NCBI GenBank assembly: GCA_038209415.1
Contig: JBBQXT010000001.1
Location: forward strand, 7,844 to 71,843
DNA length: 64,000 nt
Source of the DNA: Geobacterales bacterium
Lineage (GTDB): Bacteria; Desulfobacterota; Desulfuromonadia; Geobacterales; Pseudopelobacteraceae
Direction: 5' to 3'
Below are positions 26,460 to 35,116 of this stretch, one piece after another; within the stretch, counting starts at the first letter, position 1, and the number at the start of each line of letters is the position of its first letter. The notes beneath the pieces were generated by a model. It was not told where the DNA came from. It made no database searches and worked only from the letters and a program-made list of their open reading frames with translations. The position numbers were made by a program, and so were the translations under genes.

Positions 26460-28007
26460 TCAGTATTTCGGTTTCTCTGTGCCTTCACCGGGAACGTCGT
26501 GGCCGCCAGCGGAGTGGCACTCACTGCAGTTGGTCTTGTAGAGTTCGTCGCCGATATCAACCGGATGGACAAAATTCCTGACTTCAGTGCCAACGGGAAT
26601 GTTCTCCTGGGTCTGGCCGAGAACGTCATGGCAGATCTTACAGTCCTTGGAGATGATCCTGCCTTCGGCTGATTTGTGTTTTCCGTCGTGGCAGCGGAAA
26701 CAGCCGGGAGTGTAAAAGTGACCGATGTAGTTGGGATAGGTGTTCCACTTGACTTTCATCTTCGGGAAATAGTTCTGCCCGTAAATGTCTTTTACACGGT
26801 CAACAGCCTGGCTGATCGCAGCAGCCTTCTCTTGAGCAACCTTGGGGTAGTTTTTTGCATAATAGATCGGAATTTCCTTGGTAATGCTTGCAATGGCCTC
26901 TTCTTTTGTCTTGTAGGGTCGTTCAAGTATTTCGACAGCCACTTTTTTGATGTACGGGAGTGAACGGTCTATATTGTTTGAGATGAAATTAAAGTCCATT
27001 TCCTCACCCGGTGAGTGATAGATGTGGGTTGGCCGGTTGTGACAATCGGTGCAGTCCATCAAGCGCTTGTTCCCTTTTGCAATCTCGTCCTTGGTAAGCG
27101 GGGTTTCTATGTTTGAGTATTCAGTCAGCTTGCCGTCCTTACCCTTGACTGCGATATAGGGGATATCAAGTCTTTTCTTGTCGCGGGCTATAAAGGTAAC
27201 CTCCTTGCCGATGTGCCAGTGAATACCGTTGATATTGGGGTTCTTGGGATTTCCTCCAATATGAATCAGCATATCGACCATGCGGGGCGAGTTTTCCTCG
27301 TTGGGAGCGTAATGGTTGAAAATCTTTTGACGACCGACGTAAAACTTCTCCGGCCAGTGACAATGCTCACAGGTTTCTCGCGCCGGACGAAGATTTTCAA
27401 TCGGGGTTTCAATGGGGGCCGGGTAGGTGCTGAACGCCACCGCATACAGCTGCCGCAGACCGGAGATTTTAGCTTTTACGTACCAGGCAGCACCAGGACC
27501 AACGTGGCACTCAACGCATTTCACCTTGGCGTGGGGGGAATTCTGCCAGGCGGTGTGTTCGGGCTCCATGACCACATGACAGATCTCACCACAAAAAACG
27601 GTCGATTCGGTGAACTCAAAGCCCTTGATGGAGGCGATAGCTACGATAACGACAAAAAGCACGCTGGCCAGGATAAAGAAGATGAACAGGCGGCGGCGGT
27701 GGGGGTCGTTCAGGTCGAGCCGCGGGAATTTGGGGATCTCTTCTTCAAGTGAGATCATCCCGTCAATGGCTGCCTTGCGGCGTTCGTTGCGCACCCGCCA
27801 GGCCCCGAAGGGAACCAGCAGCAAGCCGAAGATCAGCATGCCGGGGAACATGAAGTAGGTCATAATGCCCAGATAGGCGTGTTCAACGCCGGTAATCGTT
27901 TCCAAAGCAAAAAAGACAACGATGAGACCAGCTGCGGTCATTGCCAGGACCATGCCGATGAGACTGATCAGGTTCCAAGCATAGCCGGCGGTTTTACGAA
28001 TGGCCAT
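26460..28007 (-). CDS. imcH: Inner-membrane multihaem c-type cytochrome with three N-terminal TM helices and a NapC/NirT-like region (ImcH-like)
   Basis: Three hydrophobic helices in the first 140 aa. It has 6 CXXCH motifs (CVECH, CEHCH, CTDCH, CFRCH, CKICH, CSECH) plus one CX3CH (CGEICH), giving 7 candidate sites. This matches the published architecture of G. sulfurreducens ImcH. ATG at 28007 after AAGGAGA. The call is architecture-level only. Confidence 0.7.
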   Translation of the reverse strand: MAIRKTAGYAWNLISLIGMVLAMTAAGLIVVFFALETITGVEHAYLGIMTYFMFPGMLIFGLLLVPFGAWRVRNERRKAAIDGMISLEEEIPKFPRLDLNDPHRRRLFIFFILASVLFVVIVAIASIKGFEFTESTVFCGEICHVVMEPEHTAWQNSPHAKVKCVECHVGPGAAWYVKAKISGLRQLYAVAFSTYPAPIETPIENLRPARETCEHCHWPEKFYVGRQKIFNHYAPNEENSPRMVDMLIHIGGNPKNPNINGIHWHIGKEVTFIARDKKRLDIPYIAVKGKDGKLTEYSNIETPLTKDEIAKGNKRLMDCTDCHNRPTHIYHSPGEEMDFNFISNNIDRSLPYIKKVAVEILERPYKTKEEAIASITKEIPIYYAKNYPKVAQEKAAAISQAVDRVKDIYGQNYFPKMKVKWNTYPNYIGHFYTPGCFRCHDGKHKSAEGRIISKDCKICHDVLGQTQENIPVGTEVRNFVHPVDIGDELYKTNCSECHSAGGHDVPGEGTEKPKY

Positions 28008-28303
28008 TGAACTTCTCCTTGAATACGGTATGATGTATTGCACTGCTGAATTTCAGTTTTTAATCTTTATCTATTTAGCTTTCATCAGCATGATTTGTCA
28101 AAGTTTTTTTGCCAGGTTCCGCATGTCGCAGATCGTTTCGAGCAGTTTTGCCCGTCTACACGATCCAGCAGGAAACATTTCTTGACAAGTACAGTCAAGA
28201 CCTTTATTTTTAAACATCGTTATACATTTGGCAGGCCATGTTCAGGATGCATCAATACTGGGGTGAGCTCCTCTTGCCCAACTCTACCAAGGAGGTGCGT
28301 ACA

Positions 28304-28801
28304 TTGAAGAATCATGTTTGGCGACCACTGTTTATTGTACTGGCAATTGTCGCAGGGATCCTGATCGCTAGAACACTGTTAGTGCCTGAAGACTTCGGTG
28401 TCTGGGAGCGTGGCTACATGTACGGCTGGCACCGCAAGTCCAACGAGGCCGAATGGAAAAAGTATCCCGTTAAATACAAAACAGCGAAAGTCTGCAAAGA
28501 ATGCCACAAAGACAAGTATGACGACATCAAGGACTCTCCTCACGCGTCAATAAGCTGCGAGAACTGTCATGGCCCGAATTATGATCATCCCAATGACCCC
28601 AAGAGATTGGACATCGATCGCCGACGAGATCTGTGCATCCGCTGCCATGCCTATCTTCCCTACCGGGACAGCGCCCGGGCGAAGATCCCGGGCATTGACC
28701 CCCAGACGCATTATCCCACGGAGGAATGCATCTTGTGCCACTATCCGCATAATCCTGTGAAACCGAATCCGAAGTACCACAAAGCAGAGGTGAAACCATG
28801 A
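28304..28801 (+). CDS. Membrane-anchored tetrahaem c-type cytochrome (NrfH/Cbc-type small subunit)
   Basis: One N-terminal TM helix (PLFIVLAIVAGILIA) and 4 CXXCH motifs (CKECH, CENCH, CIRCH, CILCH). A TTG at 28304 lies 7 nt after AGGAGG and is the likely start. Confidence 0.75.
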   Translation: MKNHVWRPLFIVLAIVAGILIARTLLVPEDFGVWERGYMYGWHRKSNEAEWKKYPVKYKTAKVCKECHKDKYDDIKDSPHASISCENCHGPNYDHPNDPKRLDIDRRRDLCIRCHAYLPYRDSARAKIPGIDPQTHYPTEECILCHYPHNPVKPNPKYHKAEVKP

Positions 28802-29583
28802 TTAACCGCCGGGAATTCTGCAAGAAGGCGATGATTATAGCGGGCGGGCTGGTAATACCTCTGACCGCCCTGGAGATATTCGACCCGCGCAGACTCCATG
28901 CCGAAAAAGACGGCAAGGGCAAGGTCCGCTGGGTCTTCCTGGTTGACGTCCACAAGTGCGTCGGCTGCGGATTATGCGTCAAGGCCTGCAAGATAGAGAA
29001 CGACGTCGACTGGGATGCAAATGTTACCAGAACCTGGGTGGAACGTTATGTAGTCACCAAGGATGGCCATACGTACATCGATTCTCCCAAGGGCGCCCGG
29101 GACGGTTTCACCAACCAGAAGATCGACCAGGCCAGTCAGGGTTTCAAGGAGATCAAGCCCGAGGATATCAACAAGGGGTTCTTCGTTCCCAAGCTCTGCA
29201 ACCATTGCGAGAATCCGCCCTGCGTGCAGGTCTGTCCGGTAGGCGCCACCTACCAGACCCAGGAGGGGGTGGTGCTGGTTGACCGTACCTGGTGCATCGG
29301 CTGCGGCTATTGCATCATGGGCTGTCCGTACGGCGTGCGCTACTTCCACCCGGAGCTACACGTGGCCGAGAAGTGCACCCTCTGCTATCATCGGCTTTGC
29401 AAAGGGATGATGCCTGCATGTGTGGACGCCTGCCCGTTTGGTGCGCGCCTAGCCGGCAACATCAGGGACCCGGATGACCCGGTCACCAAGATCATCACCA
29501 AGGAACAGGTCAATGTGTTGAAAGAGGAATTCGGCACCAAGCCGCAGGTATTCTACCTGGGACTCTCAATGGAGGTAAAATAG
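28798..29583 (+). CDS. Tat-exported 4Fe-4S ferredoxin-type subunit (NrfC/PsrB/DmsB-like)
   Basis: Twin-arginine leader MINRREFCKKA and four Cys clusters (CVGCGLCVKAC, CNHCENPPCVQVCP, CIGCGYCIMGCP, CTLC...CVDACP). ATGA overlap with the cytochrome gene. Confidence 0.88.
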   Translation: MINRREFCKKAMIIAGGLVIPLTALEIFDPRRLHAEKDGKGKVRWVFLVDVHKCVGCGLCVKACKIENDVDWDANVTRTWVERYVVTKDGHTYIDSPKGARDGFTNQKIDQASQGFKEIKPEDINKGFFVPKLCNHCENPPCVQVCPVGATYQTQEGVVLVDRTWCIGCGYCIMGCPYGVRYFHPELHVAEKCTLCYHRLCKGMMPACVDACPFGARLAGNIRDPDDPVTKIITKEQVNVLKEEFGTKPQVFYLGLSMEVK

Positions 29584-29585
29584 CC

Positions 29586-30839
29586 ATGGTACACGGTGAA
29601 GCTTGGACCTTGAAGGAATTTTTCGTCTATCCCAATGAGTACATCTACTGGTCGATCCAGATCGTCATGTATCCCTTCATGACCGGTCTCGTGGCCGGGG
29701 CCTTCGTACTCTCGTCCCTCTATCACGTGTTCGGCGTCAAGCAGTTGAAGGATATCGCCCGCTTTTCGCTGGTCTTCTCCCTGGCCCTGCTGCCGGTCGC
29801 TATGTTGCCGCTGATGCTGCACCTGCAGCAGCCGCTCAGGGGCATCAACGTCATGATGACCCCGCATTTCACCTCGGCCATCGCCGCTTTCGGCATTGTC
29901 TTTACAACCTACGGCTTTATCGTGGCGTCGGAAATCTGGTTCGTCTATCGTCAGTTCATTGTAGAAACAGTCCTGGAACTGCGCGCAAAACCACAACGGA
30001 CAACGGTTGAGTCGCTACAGCTCGTCATGTATTCGGCTCTCTCCCTGGGAGCCATGGATATCGGCCCAAAGGCCCTGCACAAGGATGAACGGGCGGTAGG
30101 GATACTGGCAGGTATCGGCATCCCGGTTGCCTGCTTCCTGCATGGTTACGCCGGGTTCATCTTCGGCTCGGTCAAGGCCAATGCCCTCTGGATGACGCCG
30201 CTCATGCCGGTCATCTTCATCTGCTCGGCGATCGTATCGGGGATTGCACTCTGCATTGCAACTTACATCATCACCATGGAAATCCGTAAACGGATCTTCG
30301 CCCGGAAAAGTAAAAACAATCCGAATCTCCCTTCCATCGAGGAACTCAAGAGTGCCGAGATCAACGTGGTTACCATTACCGTCAAATATCTGGTCATGTT
30401 CCTGATCCTGGCCATCACCCTGGAGATGCTCGACCTGATCTTCCGTTCCTACACGGCGGTCAAATCCTGGGATATCCTGCGTCGCATAATCTACGAAAGG
30501 GACTTTTTCAAGATATTTATCCTGCAGTACGGTCTGGGAAATCTTGTTCCATTCATCATCTTCCTATGGCCGGGGCTTACTATCCGGCGGGCCCTGATTG
30601 GCACCTTGCTGGTACTGATGGGGGTCTTCATGATGCGCTGGAATGTCGTTATCGGCGGCCAGGCCTTCTCGGCCTCTTTCTCCGGGTTCATGGATTATCA
30701 ACTCCCCTTCTGGCCGAGCAGCCTCGAATTGTTCAAAGAAGGCTTTTTTGGAGCACTAACAGTTATTACCACGCCATTCGTGCTCTTCTACATGGTCACC
30801 AGGGTCCTGCCGGTCTTCGGGGTCAAGGATTCCCATTGA
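29586..30839 (+). CDS. NrfD/PsrC-like polytopic quinone-interacting membrane subunit
   Basis: 417 aa with about 10 hydrophobic helices. It starts 2 nt after the FeS subunit gene, the typical third gene of NrfCD/Psr/Cbc-type modules. Confidence 0.8.
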   Translation: MVHGEAWTLKEFFVYPNEYIYWSIQIVMYPFMTGLVAGAFVLSSLYHVFGVKQLKDIARFSLVFSLALLPVAMLPLMLHLQQPLRGINVMMTPHFTSAIAAFGIVFTTYGFIVASEIWFVYRQFIVETVLELRAKPQRTTVESLQLVMYSALSLGAMDIGPKALHKDERAVGILAGIGIPVACFLHGYAGFIFGSVKANALWMTPLMPVIFICSAIVSGIALCIATYIITMEIRKRIFARKSKNNPNLPSIEELKSAEINVVTITVKYLVMFLILAITLEMLDLIFRSYTAVKSWDILRRIIYERDFFKIFILQYGLGNLVPFIIFLWPGLTIRRALIGTLLVLMGVFMMRWNVVIGGQAFSASFSGFMDYQLPFWPSSLELFKEGFFGALTVITTPFVLFYMVTRVLPVFGVKDSH

Positions 30840-30931
30840 TGCGTGGCCAGAATATCTGTCCTCATGTGCCGTAGCGGGTAAATACCGGTTAGGATCCGGT
30901 GCTGATAATGTCTGTAGGCGGGAGCCAGAGT

Positions 30932-32743
30932 ATGTCAACACCGGATCAAACCCTTGAAAACCGGGAGAAGGAGCTTGAAAGCCGCATACAGAAGCTTGAG
31001 AAACGGCTGGAGCGGCTGACCGCCAGCATAAGTGACGATGATCCTGTTCCTGCTGCGGCTCCAGCATCCAAGCCGGCTGCACAGCAGAATAAGGTCTATT
31101 CAGACGAGGAGATGCCAGAACTTTCGGAGGAGCTGTTGGGCTGGGTCAGCCGGAATGCCGTCCTGCCTCGCCTCGCTACGGTCTGCTTCCTGATGGTCAT
31201 TGCACTTGTCCTGCGGACCATCACCGACAGCGGTCTTGTCAACAATCTGCTTGGCTCGGGGATCGGCATGGCCTATGCTGCGGGGCTGATGGCCTTCGGC
31301 TGGTACAAATACGGCATGGACAGCCCGCTTGCCCCGGTCTTCGCCGTCTGCGGAACCATACTCATGTCGACCATCGTGGTCGAGACGCACATGCACTTCA
31401 AGGCGCTGCCGCTGGTGCCCGCCTACCTCACGCTGATGGCGACCGGAGTCGGAATGGCGTTCATGAGCCGCCGTTTTAACGCCTTTGTCCCGATTTCGGT
31501 GGGCATTCTCGGCATGTGCTTTGCCGGTGCCGCGATCGACTATCCCAGCCCCTTTTTCCCCTATCTCTCACTGGTTCTTTTCACCGCCAACGTGCTCGGC
31601 TATTTTGCCGCACAGCTGAAGCGCTGCTCATGGTTGCGCTGGTCCGTTATGCTGGTCACCATGGTCATGCTCCAGCTCTGGGGAATCAGGTTGAGTATGC
31701 TGGTGAACAAGGGCGATGCCATCCCGGCTGACCTGGCCCTAGCCTGGTATCTGCCGGTGCTGGTGATTTTCTGCCTGACCTTCACCGCCCTGGCTCTGCT
31801 CGGTATAGTCCGCGGAGCTTCTTCAAAGATTTCAAAATTCGATTTCAGCCTGCCAACCCTCAACGTGATCTGGGCGTTTTCGGCATCCCACCACATGATC
31901 ACCGCCTGGAAAGCGAATGTTTATCTGCTGGGAGTTATCGGGATTCTCTTTGCGGTATGTCATTTCGCACTATCTTTCTGGTTTGCAAAACGCGCCACCG
32001 CAGGGGCACCCGGCACAAACACCTTTGCCTTTGCGGGAGGCACACTCCTGGCCCTGGCTCTTCCGCCCGCAACCGGTACATTCCTTCTGTCGCTGCCGGC
32101 GGTCTCACTGGTAGCCATTACCATGGCGATCGTATCGAGGGTCTGGGAGAACGGTGGTGTCCGTGTAACCACATACCTGATGAACATTTACGCCTGCGGG
32201 ACTTTGGCATTTATGCTGCGCGGCGAGGGGCCGGGAGCCACCGACGTTATCAATATGCTTCCGGCCGGTCTTCTGGCGGTCATCTCCATTTACCACTACC
32301 AATGGTGCCGACAATGGCCGGTCCCACCCAATTCTGCCCTGTTTAATGCCTTTGACCGCAACGACCGGAGCGCGGTCCTGCTTCTGCTGGGTGGGCTCGC
32401 CAGCGGTTTCTTCATGATCAGGATCGCCATATTCCAGGTCATACCCTACATTCCCCAGGCGATGCAGCGAGACATGTTCCGCTGTGGTCAGTCGGTTGTC
32501 ATCAACCTCTCGGTCATCGCCCTGATCACAATCGCCTACCTCAGGCAAAACCGTGAGATTCGCAACGTGGCAATCCTGGTCACCGTGGTCGGAGCGGTAA
32601 AGGTTTTCCTGTACGATCTCCTCGGGACCCATGGCCTGCCGCTGGTCTTCAGTCTATTTTCGTTTGGTATGGCTGCTACCGTGGAATCCGTTGCACTGGG
32701 TAGATGGCAGAAACAGCCAGCGACGCAGGAGAAGACGGTCTAA
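30932..32743 (+). CDS. Large polytopic membrane protein with N-terminal coiled coil (DUF2339-like)
   Basis: N-terminus TPDQTLENREKELESRIQKLEKRLERL, then an Ala/Pro linker and at least 14 hydrophobic helices. The family name is from memory of that architecture, not from a search. Confidence 0.65.
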   Translation: MSTPDQTLENREKELESRIQKLEKRLERLTASISDDDPVPAAAPASKPAAQQNKVYSDEEMPELSEELLGWVSRNAVLPRLATVCFLMVIALVLRTITDSGLVNNLLGSGIGMAYAAGLMAFGWYKYGMDSPLAPVFAVCGTILMSTIVVETHMHFKALPLVPAYLTLMATGVGMAFMSRRFNAFVPISVGILGMCFAGAAIDYPSPFFPYLSLVLFTANVLGYFAAQLKRCSWLRWSVMLVTMVMLQLWGIRLSMLVNKGDAIPADLALAWYLPVLVIFCLTFTALALLGIVRGASSKISKFDFSLPTLNVIWAFSASHHMITAWKANVYLLGVIGILFAVCHFALSFWFAKRATAGAPGTNTFAFAGGTLLALALPPATGTFLLSLPAVSLVAITMAIVSRVWENGGVRVTTYLMNIYACGTLAFMLRGEGPGATDVINMLPAGLLAVISIYHYQWCRQWPVPPNSALFNAFDRNDRSAVLLLLGGLASGFFMIRIAIFQVIPYIPQAMQRDMFRCGQSVVINLSVIALITIAYLRQNREIRNVAILVTVVGAVKVFLYDLLGTHGLPLVFSLFSFGMAATVESVALGRWQKQPATQEKTV

Positions 32744-32789
32744 TCAGGCGAACCCTGTTATCAATCTATCGGATGATGCGGAAAATCAA

Positions 32790-32818
32790 GGGGTGCTTTT
32801 TTCGCACCCCTTTTACTT
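32790..32818 (+). terminator. Rho-independent terminator after the DUF2339-like gene
   Basis: GGGGTGC (32790-32796) / GCACCCC (32804-32810), followed by TTTT. Confidence 0.45.
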
Positions 32819-32875
32819 TGGGTTGGCACCGGCGGATCGGGACAGTTGAACATATGGCGCTTACGTAGCACCATA

Positions 32876-32901
32876 AAAAAGGGGGAGCGTAAGCCCCCCC
32901 T
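32876..32901 (-). terminator. Rho-independent terminator after the CbcL-like gene
   Basis: On the minus strand a GGGGG...CCCCC stem (32882-32886 / 32895-32899) is followed by a U-run (plus-strand A-run 32876-32881). Confidence 0.45.
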
Positions 32902-32929
32902 GTAACATTCCTTCAGTGCAAGATTCCGA

Positions 32930-34819
32930 TCAGTGTCCCCCGCCTCCCATAAAAGCCAGGATCATCAGCAGGAGCAGGCCGATGCCGATCATGAGGGCGG
33001 TGAAGCCAAAGCCCTTGACCAGGAAGTCGTAGACCACTCCGCTGGTCCGCTTGCAGGCGAACTGCTCGGTGATACCTGCTTCTTCATAGCGTTTCCACTG
33101 GTCGCCACGCTCATCGAGCATCTCTTCCTTGGAGATCTGACCATTGAAGATGACGAAGTCCATCGGGAACTTCTCGGGACGTCCATGGGTATTGAAGAAG
33201 TGGACCGTGAAGATGAAGCCGGTGGCCAGGAGCGCCTCATCCGAGTGGATGATGGTTGCTACGTTGAAGGCCCAGCCGGGCAGGAACATGCCGAAGAGCT
33301 CGGGGAACCAGAGCATCAGGCCCGATCCGCCGATGGCGAACATACCCCAGAAGACCGCGACAAAGTCAAATTTTTCCCAGTACGTCCAGCGCTCAAAGGT
33401 CGGCTTAGGCCCTTTAAAGAAGAACCATCTGACCATGCGATAGACATCCACGATATCGCGCAGGTTGAAGCAGAGCGAATCCGTCCCGAAGAGGCGCTGG
33501 AGCGGGTTGCCCTTGATGTCCTTTCGGATGAACAGGAAGTTTATGCTCATGGCGATGGCCGAGCCGAAGTAGATAAAGGTGATCACGGCGCCGATGCGGT
33601 GCAGCAGGCCGGCGTTAGCCGATCCACCATACATGTTCATCATGGCAATGGCCCAGGGCTGGGAGTTGAACTTGAGCGGCAGGCCGGTCAGGGCCAGTAG
33701 CAGAAAGCTGGTGATGACCAGGATATGCAGGAAGATGTGCAGCCTGTTGAAACGGCGATATTGTTTGTGCGCATCCGGAATGACATGTACATGCGTACCT
33801 GCAGCAGTGGCGTGGACATGGTGATGTGCGCCGTTGGCCAGTTTTTCAGCCTTCTCACGATTCTCGACGAAGCCGCGGAACATCCAGAGCAGGGTGTGCA
33901 CCCAGAAGACAGCGAAGGTCGACAGCAAGAGGCCGGTCATGGCGATGAAAGTGTAGAACAGGATCGGATACTTCTCGCGGTCGGTCATCTCGCCGTGAGC
34001 ATAGAATTTTGTGAACAGCACTGTTGCATTCTTATGGCACTGCCCGCAACTCTTGACCAGGTTGGCCGGGTTGACACTGGAGGCCGGGTCGCTCGCGGGG
34101 AGCACCGAGTGAGCCGTATGGCAGTCTGCGCAACCGGCTACCTTCTCCGGGAAGCCGAGGCGGTAGTTCTTGCCATGATAGCTCTCCATGTAGGACTTGA
34201 CGGCTACATTGGTTACATTATTACGCGCCATCATCTTTGCATCACTATGGCACTTCATGCATACCTTGGTGTGAAACTCGCGCTCGTTGTGAGAACCTTT
34301 TGCGCCAAGGGCCTTGATTTCGTGCAGGTTATGACAATCGTGGCAGGCGGCCGAATCCTTATTGCCGCTGGCCACGGCCTTGCCATGCACCGATTTCTGG
34401 TAGACCGCTTCCTTGTCGTGGCACTGGATGCACATGGCAACCGCGATGCGTTTGTCGTTCTTCCAGTAGTTGTGGATATGAACATCGGTGTGGCAGTTGG
34501 CGCAGGTTACACCCTTCTCGGCATGCACACTGGCGTAATGTTCAGCGTTCTGTTTCTTGTGACAGCGTTCGCACTGGACCTTCTGAACCTTGATTTCACC
34601 TTTCATGTGTTTGGCGAGGTCGGTGATATCCACATGGCAGCTGGTACAGGCGTTTTTGCCATGAACCGACGCGGCAAAGGCCTGAACAGAAAATTTGTTG
34701 CTGTGGCATCCCAGACAGGTAGCCGGATCAATGGCCATCCCCTGTTCTGCGAAGGCAGATGCAGAAAAAGAGACCAGCATACTCAGTAACAACAACAGAT
34801 GTTTTCCGTACAAGACCAT
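32930..34819 (-). CDS. cbcL: Fused periplasmic nonahaem c-type cytochrome / HydC-FdnI-like membrane b-type cytochrome (CbcL-like)
   Basis: Signal peptide, then 9 CXXCH motifs in the first 265 aa (CLGCH, CTSCH, CERCH, CANCH, CIQCH, CHDCH, CMKCH, CADCH, CGQCH), then about 6 TM helices with conserved His residues. This matches the published CbcL architecture. The probable start is the second ATG (34819), 6 nt after AGGAGG. Confidence 0.8.
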   Translation of the reverse strand: MVLYGKHLLLLLSMLVSFSASAFAEQGMAIDPATCLGCHSNKFSVQAFAASVHGKNACTSCHVDITDLAKHMKGEIKVQKVQCERCHKKQNAEHYASVHAEKGVTCANCHTDVHIHNYWKNDKRIAVAMCIQCHDKEAVYQKSVHGKAVASGNKDSAACHDCHNLHEIKALGAKGSHNEREFHTKVCMKCHSDAKMMARNNVTNVAVKSYMESYHGKNYRLGFPEKVAGCADCHTAHSVLPASDPASSVNPANLVKSCGQCHKNATVLFTKFYAHGEMTDREKYPILFYTFIAMTGLLLSTFAVFWVHTLLWMFRGFVENREKAEKLANGAHHHVHATAAGTHVHVIPDAHKQYRRFNRLHIFLHILVITSFLLLALTGLPLKFNSQPWAIAMMNMYGGSANAGLLHRIGAVITFIYFGSAIAMSINFLFIRKDIKGNPLQRLFGTDSLCFNLRDIVDVYRMVRWFFFKGPKPTFERWTYWEKFDFVAVFWGMFAIGGSGLMLWFPELFGMFLPGWAFNVATIIHSDEALLATGFIFTVHFFNTHGRPEKFPMDFVIFNGQISKEEMLDERGDQWKRYEEAGITEQFACKRTSGVVYDFLVKGFGFTALMIGIGLLLLMILAFMGGGGH

Positions 34820-35054
34820 TGACATCCTCCTGAATCTACAATGAATTTAGCCACACTAAAACCTGCGTAGTGTATACATAAAGACGGCATGGCGCAATAA
34901 AAAAATTGGACACAGTATACAGATTCATGGAGCAATAAATACGATTTTCAATATGTTACTGCAATTGTGCCTTGACCGGAATAATACACGGATCTACACG
35001 GGAATCTCAAGCGAGTTTACAAGTCGGCAGATATGGCTTGCTTGACTTTGCAGT

Positions 35055-35098
35055 TACCATTTGCTAGCGTCTTTTGAATTGTCTTCGTACCATTTTGC
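35055..35098 (+). promoter_or_regulatory. Direct repeat TACCATTTGC / TACCATTTTGC upstream of the aminotransferase gene (candidate regulator site)
   Basis: Copies lie at 35055-35064 and 35088-35098, 33 nt apart start to start. The second ends 19 nt before the ATG at 35117. Confidence 0.25.
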
Positions 35099-35116
35099 CG
35101 TTTACCGGAGTAATCC

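Noticed and set aside
32933-34789. Long plus-strand ORFs (32933-33700, 255 aa; 33725-34789, 354 aa) opposite the CbcL-like gene
   Set aside because: Their translations are low-complexity (His/Gly/Asp/Val-rich) with no motifs. They lie entirely antisense to a gene with 9 CXXCH motifs and clear TM helices. These are typical shadow ORFs of a GC-rich coding strand.
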